A stretch of DNA of 59,525 bases, the filler included, from Basidiobolus meristosporus CBS 931.73 (lineage: Eukaryota; Fungi; Basidiobolomycota): the NCBI GenBank assembly GCA_002104905.1. It is 3 parts of 3 records of this genome, joined end to end, with 100 filler letters (N's around TTAATTAATTAA, not from the genome) between each part and the next. Parts side by side here need not be neighbours in the genome. Positions count along the whole stretch, not along the records: positions 1 to 18,635 come from MCFE01001053.1; positions 18,736 to 48,384 come from MCFE01000866.1; 1 more part is not named here. One strand, written 5' to 3'. The notes below the pieces were generated by a model. That model ran no database searches. It had not been told where the DNA came from and saw only the letters and a program-made list of their open reading frames with translations. A program made the translations under genes and the position numbers. Below are positions 13,483 through 23,834 of the stretch, piece after piece; within the stretch, counting starts at the first letter, position 1, and each line of letters starts with the position of its first letter.

Positions 13483-14700
13483 ATGTCTATGAAGTGCGCC
13501 GTCTTTAGTAAGCCAGGAAGTGACCTAGTGGTGGTCAAAAGGCCAATTCCAACCCCAGGTCCCGGTGAAGTTTTGATCAAGGTGGAGGCTTGCGGAGTAT
13601 GCCACTCGTAAGATTTATCAAGGAACATCACACACCCGCCAACAGTACTAAGATTTCCCAGTGATTGCGTCCTGCAACATAATGCAATGCCTGGCATCAA
13701 CTATCCGGTGACTCCTGGTCATGAGGTGGTTGGCAGAATCCAGAAACTGGGAGAGAATGTACGAAATACTCAGCACAAAGCAAGCAGCGGTTACTAACTT
13801 TGGTTTTAGGTTTGTTCGCTCTATACTCAAGGCATGAGAGTGGGTGTTGGGTGGAGTGCAGGCTACTGCAGCACATGCGAAGCGTGTCGTCGTGGCTCAT
13901 TCATTGATTGCGAGAAGCACTGGGTAACTGGAGTTAGACAAGGCGGAGGATACGCGCAGTACATGGTGGCCAGGCAAAGTGCTTTATGCAGAATCCCTGA
14001 TGAGTTGAGTTCCGCTGAGGCTGCACCATTACTGTGTGCAGGAATTACTGTCTACAACTCGATGAGACATATGGACAACATTCATCCAGGGGATATCTGC
14101 GCTGTTGTTGGGATAGGTGGCTTAGGCCATCTTGCAATTCAATACGCAAACAAGTTTGGCTACCGAACGGTAGCTCTTTCCAGCTCGGCAAGCAAGCAAG
14201 AACTGGCCAAGAGCTTAGGTGCGCATGTGTACATTGATCAGTCCAAACAAGATGCAGTTGAGGAACTAAAGAAGTTGGGTGGAGCCAAGCTAATTGTTGT
14301 GGCTGCACCTGGAGGAGATGTATCGAAGTTGGTCGAGGGTATGGCTTTTGGTGGGACATTGTTGGTAGTGTCTATGTTGCCCGAACCAATACAGATTGAC
14401 TCGCTAAGTCTGATCCTTAAGAGAGCGCAAGTTCGTGGGTGGCCTAGTGGCACCCACAAGGTATGTGTGTCCGCTCAGATTACTTGAAAAGTACAATAGG
14501 TTATTGAGCACAATTTACAGGACGCTGAGGACGCTTTGAACTTCTCCGCGCTGAGTAACACTAAGCCACTGGTACAAACTTACCCACTCAAGCAAGCTAA
14601 GAAGGCATATGAAGATATGATGAATGGGAAGCCTAAATGCCGCGCGGTTATTGTTTTTGATGAGAGTGAAACACAGGTTTCGTGCTGTAGCTTGCTTTAA
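13483..14700 (+). CDS. Zinc-dependent alcohol dehydrogenase (MDR superfamily, AdhP/CAD-like), 4 exons
   Basis: Exons 13483-13607, 13662-13758, 13810-14460, 14521-14700 joined by GT-AG introns give CGVCHSD, PGHEVVG, structural Zn CxxCxxC..C, PLLCAGIT and GIGGLG motifs. Confidence 0.9.
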
Positions 14701-15557
14701 CATGTGAGAAGCCCAGATTCCATACTGTAAATGATTTTAACTGATGCCGGTCCCTACTCCATGCCCACCACTCTCTGTAGTATTTATTTGTTGACAGAGT
14801 CGTTGCCTTGCCAAGTACCTCAATTACAAATATTTGTTCTGAATAGAGATATCTTTATTAAGCTTATTACAAAACAGCTTAACAGTTGAAAAGTTGAGTC
14901 AAAAAATATTATCCTTAGCTCCGTGGAAGCACTGACAAGAAGCTTATGTAGACAACCAAAAGATCCCAGTGATACTACATATCCGTAATGGTGCAAGCTC
15001 AATCACTTGTATATCCAATCATTGTCAATGTGGGAGTTGCCTTGCTCAGCCTAACTTTTGCATTGGCCTCTTAATCTGATAGATGTGGTACATTCACAAA
15101 TACCTATGGCTGCAATGAACCACACCTCTGTCTGTTAATTAGGTTGTTTATCACTGGATTAGTGCTTGCTGTTGCAGCTTGTTCTTGTGAAGCATATATC
15201 CACTAACTGCTCCATCTAATATAATGATCTTATAAATACTTACCAAGGTTGATTAGACTTACATTACTTACACTTTCAATGCATTTACTATAGGGTGATT
15301 AATCCCAGTATAGAGTACTGAAAGGTGGACTTGGCATGATTCAAGAAGGATTTTTCTGGGTTGAATAGGGTATCACATTATGTGCTCTCATCTACCAATG
15401 AAAATAGCATTTATCCATCAGCCAAAATGGCTCATCAATAAATCCTGTTGGCTACTTCTCTTGCTCCCTCTGCTCATCATATGTTGATAGTCAAGTATGA
15501 GCAAGCGTTTCTACTTGTGGGAAGCTGGATACCAGCCCATATTTATAGTCTACATTG

Positions 15558-17661
15558 TGTTGTAAAAATTTGTAATTCAACCTAGATATTCACCTAGCTT
15601 AGTGACTTAGATCATTACCCTCAAATCCTAGAGAATACTGACCAAATTCCTTGTTGGGATTTACTTGGAGTATTTTCACCAATATACAGGTACCCATAAC
15701 ATGAAAATTCTCAAAGTTGTCCAAACAGCCCCAAACCTTGCACACATGTTCTTAGGACCTTTCTTAGTCTATTCTGCGTGTTTGTAATGCCAAGACCAAG
15801 TAAAAGTATAAATACCACATTTACATTCAATAAATCATTAAGTGAAAACCACATAATCTACTTGTCCTCCCAGTCACTTCCAATATGTCCAAGACTCTTG
15901 CAGCAGGCTATGAGCCCCAAGCTGTCACTCTCTGGAATGTCTACCACTGCTATTACTGGAATTTTTCCCTCTGCTGAAAAGTTGGATGGATCTAACTACC
16001 AAGTGTCAAAGGTGAAGATGCAGACACTGCTACAAGAAAGAGGCCTTTGGGATATTGTCATGGGAGAAGAATGCCCTCCTAAGACCGTGGGAGAGGAAGC
16101 CTTAAATTATCAGAAGAAAGAACAAAGTGCCTCTAACTGCAAATGCCTTAATGTTAAAGACAAATTGCTAATTCAATGCTCAAGAGCAAAAACAGCAAAG
16201 AATGCCTGGAAGGCATTAGAAGACACCTACCAGTCATGTTCAGCAGCTAAGAAAATGTATCTGAGAGAAAAACTCTTTGCTAAAAAGATGCTGCCAGGAG
16301 AAGAAATGAAAAAACTTAATTAACAGAATTACCCTGCTGGTAGATGAGATGGAATCTGTGGGCATACCAACTACTGATGAGGATGCAGCAGTTACCATCC
16401 TGAATAGCCTGACAGACAAGTTTCAGGGCCTTGTATCAGCCCTAGAGTCTAGAACTGAAGATTTGACCTAAAATACATATATGGAAGGCTCCTGGATGAA
16501 GAATTATGAAAATCAAGCGCCAATAAGAACAAAGAAGAAAATGCTTTAATAAGCAATGATAGCCAACAAAGAAGGTACTTGAGACCCTGCAAAGGCAACA
16601 GCAACCTGTTCTGTAACTATTGCAACAGGAAAGGACACACATCAGACCAGTGCTTCAGAAAGGGAAATAATCAGCAAAAGAAGCCTGAATATGAAAATGC
16701 TGCAACAACTAGAAATAGACTATTAATATATGCACTAAATATGCCCACAAACAAGGATTTTTAGACGTGGTCTATTGACTCTGGAGCATCTCAACACTTT
16801 ACACACCAAAAAGAACTTTTTACCCAATATCAAGAAATTCCAATTAAGAAGGGTTTCATGGGTGACAATACAACACTTGATGCAGTGGGAGAAGGTACTA
16901 TTTGAGTAAGCCTAAGAAGCAGTGAAGGAAGTCATACACTGACCTTTAAAGAAGTACTCTATGTACCAGAAATAGTCAAATCCTACTATCTGTAAGCAAG
17001 TCCATAGCAGAAGGACCCAGTTTCAGCTTTGACAATTCTGGATACAAGATCACTGATCAAAATGGTGCCCAATTAGCTTTGGGTATCAGAGATCAGAATC
17101 TACACAATTTGAGTTATATTCCATTATATCTGGAAGCCAATATGAGTAACTTAAATGAAGAAACACCAATGCTTTGGCACAGGAGATTGGGACATATCAA
17201 TTTTGATTATTTGCGCAAAATAATCAAAGATCGGCTAATTTCTGGAGTAATTGTGATCCCCCAGCTAGTTTGGAGCACTGAGAGGCCTGTATATATGGGA
17301 AACAAGCCAGGCAACCATAAAAGTGCTTTGAGTTATTCAAAACTAAGAAAAAATTAGATCTAATTCACCCAGATCTGTGTGGACCTATGCAAAATTTATC
17401 CTTAGGTGGGATGAAGTATTGAATCACCTTTATTGATGATTATGAAAGATACACATGGGTCTACTTCATAGAGAGAAAGGAAGAAGCACTGTCTAAGTTC
17501 AGGGAGTTCAAAGCCATGGTGGAGAGAGAAACTGGTGAAAAAATCAAGTAAATACACTCTGACAATGGTGGAGAATATCCGCAAAACTCTTCATCCACTT
17601 CGGCAAATTCATGGGATAAAGCACAAGACTACTGTACCATACTCTCCACAGCAAAATGGCG
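15558..17661 (+). mobile_element. 3'-truncated Ty1/copia retrotransposon (5' LTR 15558-15905, PBS 15906-15917, gag-protease-integrase remnants)
   Basis: LTR followed by GGCTATGAGCCC; gag KLDGSNY..KM..LL..GLWDIV; CCHC knuckle CNYCNRKGHTSDQC; protease IDSGASQHFT; LWHRRLGHINF; integrase TTVPYSPQQNGV, where homology stops; multiple stops and frameshifts. Confidence 0.9.
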
Positions 17662-17917
17662 TAGGGTTAGGGGGGAGACAGTCACCAACAGGTGAAATCT
17701 TTATTTCAGTTGAAACAAAGAAGCCAGCGCAACTGTTGTAGCTTTGATACAAGAATGTGTAGCTGAGGGGAATATGTAGGTAAGTTAATAAGAAGTGATG
17801 ATAGTTCTTTGGTGCTCAAGACACTGTTCAGGGGGAAGGGGGGTAGCAAGAGAGGTAAGAATGACTTCTGAACAACATTAATGAGGGGAATGTGATAAGG
17901 ATTGATATTCATCATAG

Positions 17918-18266
17918 TGTTGTAAAAATTCGTATTTCAACCTAAATATTCACCTAACTTAGTCACTTAGATCATCACCTTCAAATCCTAGAGAATACTG
18001 ACCAAATTCCTTGTCGGGATTTACTTAGAATATTCTCACCAAAATACCAGGTACCCAGAACATGAAAATTCTCAAAGTTGTCCAAACAGCCGCAAATTTT
18101 GCACACATGTTCTTGGGACCTTCCTTAACCTATTCCACGTGTTTGTAATGCCAAGACCAGGTAAAAGTATAAATACCACTTTTACATTCAATAAATCATT
18201 AAGTGAAAGACACATAATCTACTTGTTCTCCAAATCACTTCCAATATCTCCAAGACTCTTACAACA
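17918..18266 (+). mobile_element. Young solo LTR (349 bp) with perfect 5-bp TSD CATAG
   Basis: TGTTGTAA...TTACAACA; CATAG at 17913-17917 and 18267-18271; retains CpGs lost in sister copies. Confidence 0.9.
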
Positions 18267-18441
18267 CATAGAGGGAGTGTGCTGCTGCAGATATTGCTGC
18301 CAAAGGTCTGTCAAGTACTTCAGGTAGGCCAGCTTGGGTTTTTCTGACTGCGGAATATAATGAGGAAACTTCTTGACTTCAGGATCTCCAAGTATAGTTC
18401 TTCAGCAGGAGCCATGTGTAGTGTGGTGTGTTCTCTTCCAT

Positions 18442-18635
18442 TTAGGGTTAGGGTTAGGGTTAGGGTTAGGGTTAGGGTTAGGGTTAGGGTTAGGGTTAGG
18501 GTTAGGGTTAGGGTTAGGGTTAGGGTTAGGGTTAGGGTTAGGGTTAGGGTTAGGGTTAGGGTTAGGGTTAGGGTTAGGGTTAGGGTTAGGGTTAGGGTTA
18601 GGGTTAGGGTTAGGGTTAGGGTTAGGGTTAGGTTA
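18442..18635 (+). repeat. Telomeric (TTAGGG)n tract, ~32 units, right chromosome end
   Basis: Uninterrupted TTAGGG repeats up to the contig end, G-rich strand pointing to the end. Confidence 0.97.
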
Positions 18636-18735
18636 NNNNNNNNNNNNNNNNNNNNNNNNNNNNNNNNNNNNNNNNNNNNTTAATTAATTAANNNNNNNNN
18701 NNNNNNNNNNNNNNNNNNNNNNNNNNNNNNNNNNN
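18636..18735. other. Artificial contig linker N44-TTAATTAATTAA-N44
   Basis: Exactly 100 nt, six-frame stop spacer, identical to 48385-48484. Confidence 0.97.
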
Positions 18736-19200
18736 GGAAGACAGAAGGGAAAAGTGGTTGTATGCTAACTGCGGTGTTTACCTCCAAAATACACTACTTG
18801 ATCTGACTGAAACCCAAGCTAGCCATCGATTACATACAAATTTGAAATAAGTATTCTCAGCAACACACGGGCTGCAGAAGCTAACGATTGAGAATGGCGA
18901 AGTAGTAGCAAAGTTTAAAGGGAAGCCAGCTATGCGTAGGAATATAGACTCACCTCTGGAGACTTCGCCTGCTTGTGAAGCCTTGACAGCCATTGTGTTT
19001 GAACCTAAAGCTAGCACATCCCAAGTTGGTTTGGGCGAGTGAATAAACATCCTGTTGCAGAAGGAACGGCGTTGTGTTTTTTAGAATTCACAAAGTGTTA
19101 TAAAGGTGCGTGCCCAGCGAAGTATATCTAATTCGTGAACTCACCACAACATAATGATCGCTTTAGCTGCGACTTGTGGAGTTGTATACTGGTTACATAC

Positions 19201-19288
19201 TTAGTAGCGCACTAGAGGATTGTGCTGAAGTTGACATGCAGGCTAGTAGTACCATGACCAAGGAGCAGAAAACGGTACTGAATCGCAT
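19201..19288 (-). pseudogene. Orphan exon 1 (signal peptide) of family B
   Basis: Encodes MRFSTVFCSLVMVLLACMSTSAQSSSALL followed by a GTATGT donor, nearly identical to exon 1 of the gene at 21430-21856; homology ends ~35 nt into the intron and no matching exon 2 follows. Confidence 0.7.
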
Positions 19289-20202
19289 TGTGTGTGCTTC
19301 TGTGTGTGTGCTTTTGTGTGTATGCCTGATGAATAAGGTGAACATTACAAGCGATTTTATAGGGAATTAGCCCGGCTTGTAAGGAAAAACAGGCTGAGCT
19401 ACCATGCTGCTGAAGCGGAATAACTTATATTATATACCATAGTATTGTATTCACTCCGAATATAAGCACTGGTGAGCGCAATCTAGGCGTAAATAAAGTG
19501 TCGTAGTTTCTGTTACACTGAGGCTATTAGTCCTAAGTGCATGCATAGTTTGTTCGAGGTATAAGGATGGAGGATAATATTGGGCGGTTACATAAGTATT
19601 GCCCATGTGTTCATCTCTTGGTGGTAGTGAAAGAACACGATTAACAGTATGTGATTGTGAAAGAACACGATAACCAGCATGTGATTGATAACGTAAAAGA
19701 TACACGAGAGGCATCCTTTGGTTGAGCTGCTAATCTAATATATCATGCTGTCAAGCTTGCTATTAATACTGCCATCATCCAAGTTATGCAAGATAAAGGC
19801 CAATTTTTGAGGCTCTCTTTTGAGGCTCTCGCTGCATTTCTACACATTCCCGTTTACTAGAGAAATACTTGCCACTTTCAGATAACATAGTATAGGGATC
19901 TCTCTACCACGGTTAGCATTGTTGTTGACAGAAACCACGTGTTTGTACTTATATCAATTATATATATAAGAATCTCTCTGCTATGGCTAGTTTAGTCGCT
20001 TATTGCTGTGGAAGACAGAAGTAAAAATGGTTGTATGCTAGCTGCGGCGCTTGCCTCCGAAATATGCTACATTATTCGACTGAAACCCATCAATTTTGTG
20101 AAGCTTCCTAGATACGATGTTTGTTAACCTTCATCTTGGCCGAAAACTGGTTTTGTATATAAATGCTGGTGCTGAGCATTTTTTGAGTATTCAACATTCA
20201 CA

Positions 20203-20635
20203 ATGCACAAACAACTTTCCGCAGCTTGTGCTCTATTAATGGTCGTCAGTGCCTTTGGAAGTCCCGTGGATGTGTCAAGCACAAATCTCCGATAGGAACC
20301 CACAAAGCGGCCAAGTGGTGAAGAAGTTCTCGTCCAACAAGGAGGAGGATGCGCAGAATATTCGACACTATATCGATGGCATTCTTGGCCAGATGTCAAG
20401 AAATGCGTTCGATCAGACCCTCTCGGATAAGCAAGAAGCCGACCAAGGAGTCGAGGAAGAGGAGGGCAATCCTGAAGAGGCCCAGCTATGGGGGAGATAC
20501 GGCGGATATGGGCGGCGGAGGGGAAGATACTGGGGACGAGGAGGTTACGGTCGCTACGGTGGTTATGGAGGTCGGTGGGGATATGGACGCTACGGGGGAT
20601 ATGGAGGGTACGGTGGATGCGACTGGGGTTGCTGA
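20203..20635 (+). pseudogene. Family A copy A1, frameshifted
   Basis: ATG 20203; lacks 17 nt (GTAGCGAGCGCGTCCAT) present in A2, giving TAG at 20293-20295; the downstream pro-region and G/R/Y tail are intact in another frame. Confidence 0.85.
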
Positions 20636-20772
20636 GTAAACTCCTTAATAACAAGGATCAAGGCTTTCATTCACTCCAACAACACAGCTTGTCTGTGTGC
20701 TTGAATAAAGTACCGTTGCATTTTATCTATCGGTAGTGAATGGCCATGTGATTATGACTCTTATTAAGAATG

Positions 20773-21053
20773 CTAGCTGGCAGAAACTCTCACTGCTCCA
20801 ACGGTCACTTCTTTTCCGTACTTCGCGATTTGTATCTCGAGTTGTTTGGAGGTAATCGTAGCAATCCTGTTCCTTTTCCTGTTACAATCATGCAGAGAAG
20901 GGTACAGGATCGCTTTGGCGAAGGTGCTGGGCGGTCCGGAAGTGATGCTTGCGGTAACTACCGGTTCGCAGATCACGTGTTGGCATGAGCCGAGGTTGAT
21001 ATGTGGGTTAGCAGTGCCACGGTTAAGGAGCACAGAACGGATTTGAATTGCAT
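20773..21053 (-). pseudogene. Family B pseudogene 1
   Basis: Signal-peptide codons fused out of frame to exon-2 sequence (GSCQHV...ILYPSLHDC...VGAVRVSAS*) by a 146-bp deletion relative to the intact gene. Confidence 0.8.
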
Positions 21054-21429
21054 TGTGTGTGTTTCACCGCTGAATTGAATATTGAAGAGGATTGTATAAA
21101 GCTATAAGGAGATAAGCACGGTTGGCAAGGAAAGACAGGCAGAGTTACCATAACAATGAAGGGGAATATTTGATTATTGGAAGAATCACCCTTACTTTAG
21201 TTTCTAGCCAAGAGAGCCGGTGCCTTGCTATTAGTATCACAAAGACGTTGCGGTTGCTACGGAGGATACACTCCATTCACCTTTTGCTGGATAATCATAA
21301 TGATATGTAGGCATATTCTAGGCTTTCGTTCACTAGTCTGTTACAGTTGCTCTTTCATTCTGGCTGTGTATATCTAATGGGATGCATTCTTTGTAACTCC
21401 TGACTGAACAATGCGGTTTATTGAGGATG

Positions 21430-21856
21430 CTAGCTGACAGATACTCTTACTGCTCCAACAGTCACTTCTTTTCCGTTCTTCGCGATGTGTACCTCGAGTT
21501 GATTGGATGTTATAGCAGCAATCCTGTTCCTGCGATTGTTACAATCTTGCAGAGAAGGATACAAGATGGCTTGGGCAGAGGCACTGGGTGATTCGGGGGT
21601 GATGCTGGCAGTATCCACCGGTCCAAAGGTCACGCGTTGGCATGAGCCAGCTGAGAATGGTAGTTGTTGTGCAGTATCTTCAGGAGTATTCACCAATTCT
21701 ACATTGTAAGTATTTGGTTAGTAAGGCTCACTGGTTGCGGCTAGTTGAGTTATATACTGATTACATACTTAGTAACGCACTAGAGGATTGTGCTGAAGTT
21801 GTTGTGCAGGCTAGTAGTGCCATGGTCAAGGAGCAGAAAACGGTACTGAATCGCAT
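21430..21856 (-). CDS. Family B: 118-aa small secreted protein, 2 exons (possible betagamma-crystallin-like fold)
   Basis: Exon 1 21856-21769, intron 21768-21699 (GTATGT...TACTAAC...TAG, 70 nt), exon 2 21698-21430: MRFSTVFCSLTMALLACTTTSAQSSSALLKLVNTPEDTAQQLPFSAGSCQRVTFGPVDTASITPESPSASAQAILYPSLQDCNNRRNRIAAITSNQLEVHIAKNGKEVTVGAVRVSVS; TATAAAA upstream on the minus strand. Confidence 0.85.
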
Positions 21857-22450
21857 TGTGTGTGCCTCGGTGTGTGTGCTTCTGTGTGTACGTCTGATGA
21901 ACAAGGTGAGCATTGTAAGCGATTTTATAGGAAATTAGCCCGGCTTGTAAGGAGAGACAGGCTGAGCCACCATGATGAAGCGGAATATTCTGTACTAATG
22001 TATTCACTCCGAGATTTCCAAATTCGCTTTGGGCTAAGCACTTTTTTTTTAGAGAAACTATCGAACTCAAGCAATGCTCCTTGTATTGTTCGATTACACT
22101 GGGATGACTAGTGTTGGCTTGCATATGTGGCACGGATGCGTTGCCTGCTCACTTCCATTAGTATCGTAACACCGATTATGGTGAGTGCGATCTAGGCGTA
22201 AATAAAGCGTTGTAGTTTCTGTTACACTTCAGCTTTAAATTTTGTGTGCATGCTTAGTATTGAGTGCTACACATAGGTGTTACCCACTCGTAGCCCACTC
22301 ATTCATCTCCTTGTGAAGGAATCAGATGGTGGTGATGACTTCTGGTGAAGAACGGCAAATGGTGGTGGTCAAAGAAAAAGATGACCAGTATGGGATTGAT
22401 AACGTAAAAGATACACAAGAGTAGGCTCCGTTTATCCTTTGGTGCTCACC

Positions 22451-22633
22451 ATGCGTAAGTACTTTTCCATCGTTCTAATACTTTTTAATGTGACAAGTGT
22501 GTCCATCTCTTCTCCAAAGCCGGGAAACGGTGTGTAGGAAGAAGGCGCTCGCACCAGAGAGGGCAAGTGGCGAGGTCGTTATGGTCACTTCGGGGACTAT
22601 GATGGTCGCTGGGAACTTGGAGGGTTTACTTGA
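22451..22633 (+). pseudogene. Degenerate short family A paralog
   Basis: One frame reads MRKYFSIVLILFNVTSVSISSPKPGNGV*EEGARTREGKWRGRYGHFGDYDGRWELGGFT*: signal-like start, GV(E)EEG spacer and RGRYG..G.Y.GRW tail similar to family A. Confidence 0.55.
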
Positions 22634-23001
22634 GCTGCTAATTTAATACATCATGCTGTTAAGCTTACTACTAATATTGCGATCATCCACAACTCTAAAT
22701 CATGCAAAATAAATGACAATTTTTGAGGCTCTCTTTTGAGGCTCTCGCTGTTTATCTACCCATTTCCGTTTACGAGATAAATACTTGCCATTTTCATATA
22801 ACATAGTATAGAAATCTCTATACCACGACTAGTGTTGTTGTTAACAGAAATCGAGTGTTTGTACTTTGGCTGCGGTGGTTGCCTCCGAAATATACTACAT
22901 CATTTGACTGAAGCTTCCTAGATGCGATATCAATCAACCTCCATCTTGTATCTGTATATAAAGACTGGTGCTGAGCTTTATTTGAGTATTCAACATTCAC
23001 A

Positions 23002-23451
23002 ATGTACAAACAACTTGCCGCAGCTTGTGCTCTACTAATGGTCGTCAGTGCCTTTGGAAGTCCCGTAGATGTGTCAAGCACAAATGTAGCGAGCGCGTCC
23101 ATCTCCGATAGGGATCCACAAAGTGGCCAAGTGGCGAAGAGGTTCTCGTCCAACAAGGAAGAGGATGCGCAGAATATTCGACACTACATCGATGGCATTC
23201 TCGGCCAGATGTCAAGAAATACGTTCGATCAGACCCTCTCGGATAAGCAAGACGCCGACCAAGATGTCGAGGAAGAGGAGGGCAATCCAGAAGAGGCCCA
23301 GCTATGGGGGAGATACGGTGGATATGGGCGGCGGAGGGGCAGATACTGGGGACGAGGACGCTACGGTCGCTACGGTGGTTATGGAGGTCGATGGGGATAT
23401 GGGCGCTACGGGGGATATGGAGGGTATGGTGGATGCGACTGGGGTTGCTGA
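23002..23451 (+). CDS. Family A copy A2: secreted prepro-peptide with Gly/Arg/Tyr/Trp tail ending CDWGC (149 aa)
   Basis: Intact ORF; hydrophobic signal MYKQLAAACALLMVVSAFG; acidic spacer DQDVEEEEGNPEEA; 50-aa tail with 21 G, 10 R, 10 Y, 4 W, 2 C; TATATAAA ~45 nt upstream and AATAAA downstream. Confidence 0.92.
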   Translation: MYKQLAAACALLMVVSAFGSPVDVSSTNVASASISDRDPQSGQVAKRFSSNKEEDAQNIRHYIDGILGQMSRNTFDQTLSDKQDADQDVEEEEGNPEEAQLWGRYGGYGRRRGRYWGRGRYGRYGGYGGRWGYGRYGGYGGYGGCDWGC

Positions 23452-23576
23452 ATAATAAGAATCAAGGCTTTTATTCACTCCAATAACACAGCTTGTCTGT
23501 GTGCTTGAATAAAGTATCGTTGCATTTTATCTATTGATAGTGAATGGGCATGTGATTGTGACTCTTATTGAGAATG

Positions 23577-23834
23577 CTAGTTAGCAGAGACTCTCACTGC
23601 TCCAACGGTCACTTCTTTTCCGTTGCTTCGAGGTAGTCGCAGTAAACCTGAACCTTTTCCTGTTGCAATCTTGCAAGGAAAGGTACAGGATTGCTTTGCC
23701 GGAGGTGCTGGGTGGTCCGGAAGTGATGCTTGCGGTATCTGCCGGTCCGCAGGTCACGTGCCGGCAAGAGCTGATATCGATATTCGGGTTAGCAGTACCA
23801 CGGTTAAGGAGCAGAGAACGTTATTGAATCGCAT
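23577..23834 (-). pseudogene. Family B pseudogene 2
   Basis: Same deletion junction as 20773-21053 plus a second internal deletion. Confidence 0.75.

Noticed and set aside
15553-18271. Full-length copia bounded by LTRs 15558 and 17918 (CATTG/CATAG flanks)
   Set aside because: RT/RNase H are missing and the right LTR has its own perfect CATAG duplication on both sides.
18360-18687. ORFs with RVRVRV / LGLGLG runs
   Set aside because: Translations of the telomere tract running into Ns.
18442-20635. Peptide array appearing subtelomeric
   Set aside because: An artificial linker separates the telomere contig from the array contig, so adjacency is not evidence. The same applies to rDNA next to the RdRP contig.
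23296-23310. QLWG-R resembling an LWamide neuropeptide processing site
   Set aside because: Not conserved (QLLGR in A4, QLYGR in A3), and I have no evidence for amidation machinery.
23296-23451. Dikaritin/KEP or borosin-type RiPP precursor
   Set aside because: The repeats are not separated by KR sites, there is no fused methyltransferase, and no DUF3328, tyrosinase or prolyl oligopeptidase gene is visible in the window. Modification by unlinked enzymes is not excluded.
23577-23834. TGA readthrough restoring family B pseudogene 2
   Set aside because: The C-terminus returns to frame only through a second deletion; the conserved Cys-containing core stays in the shifted frame.
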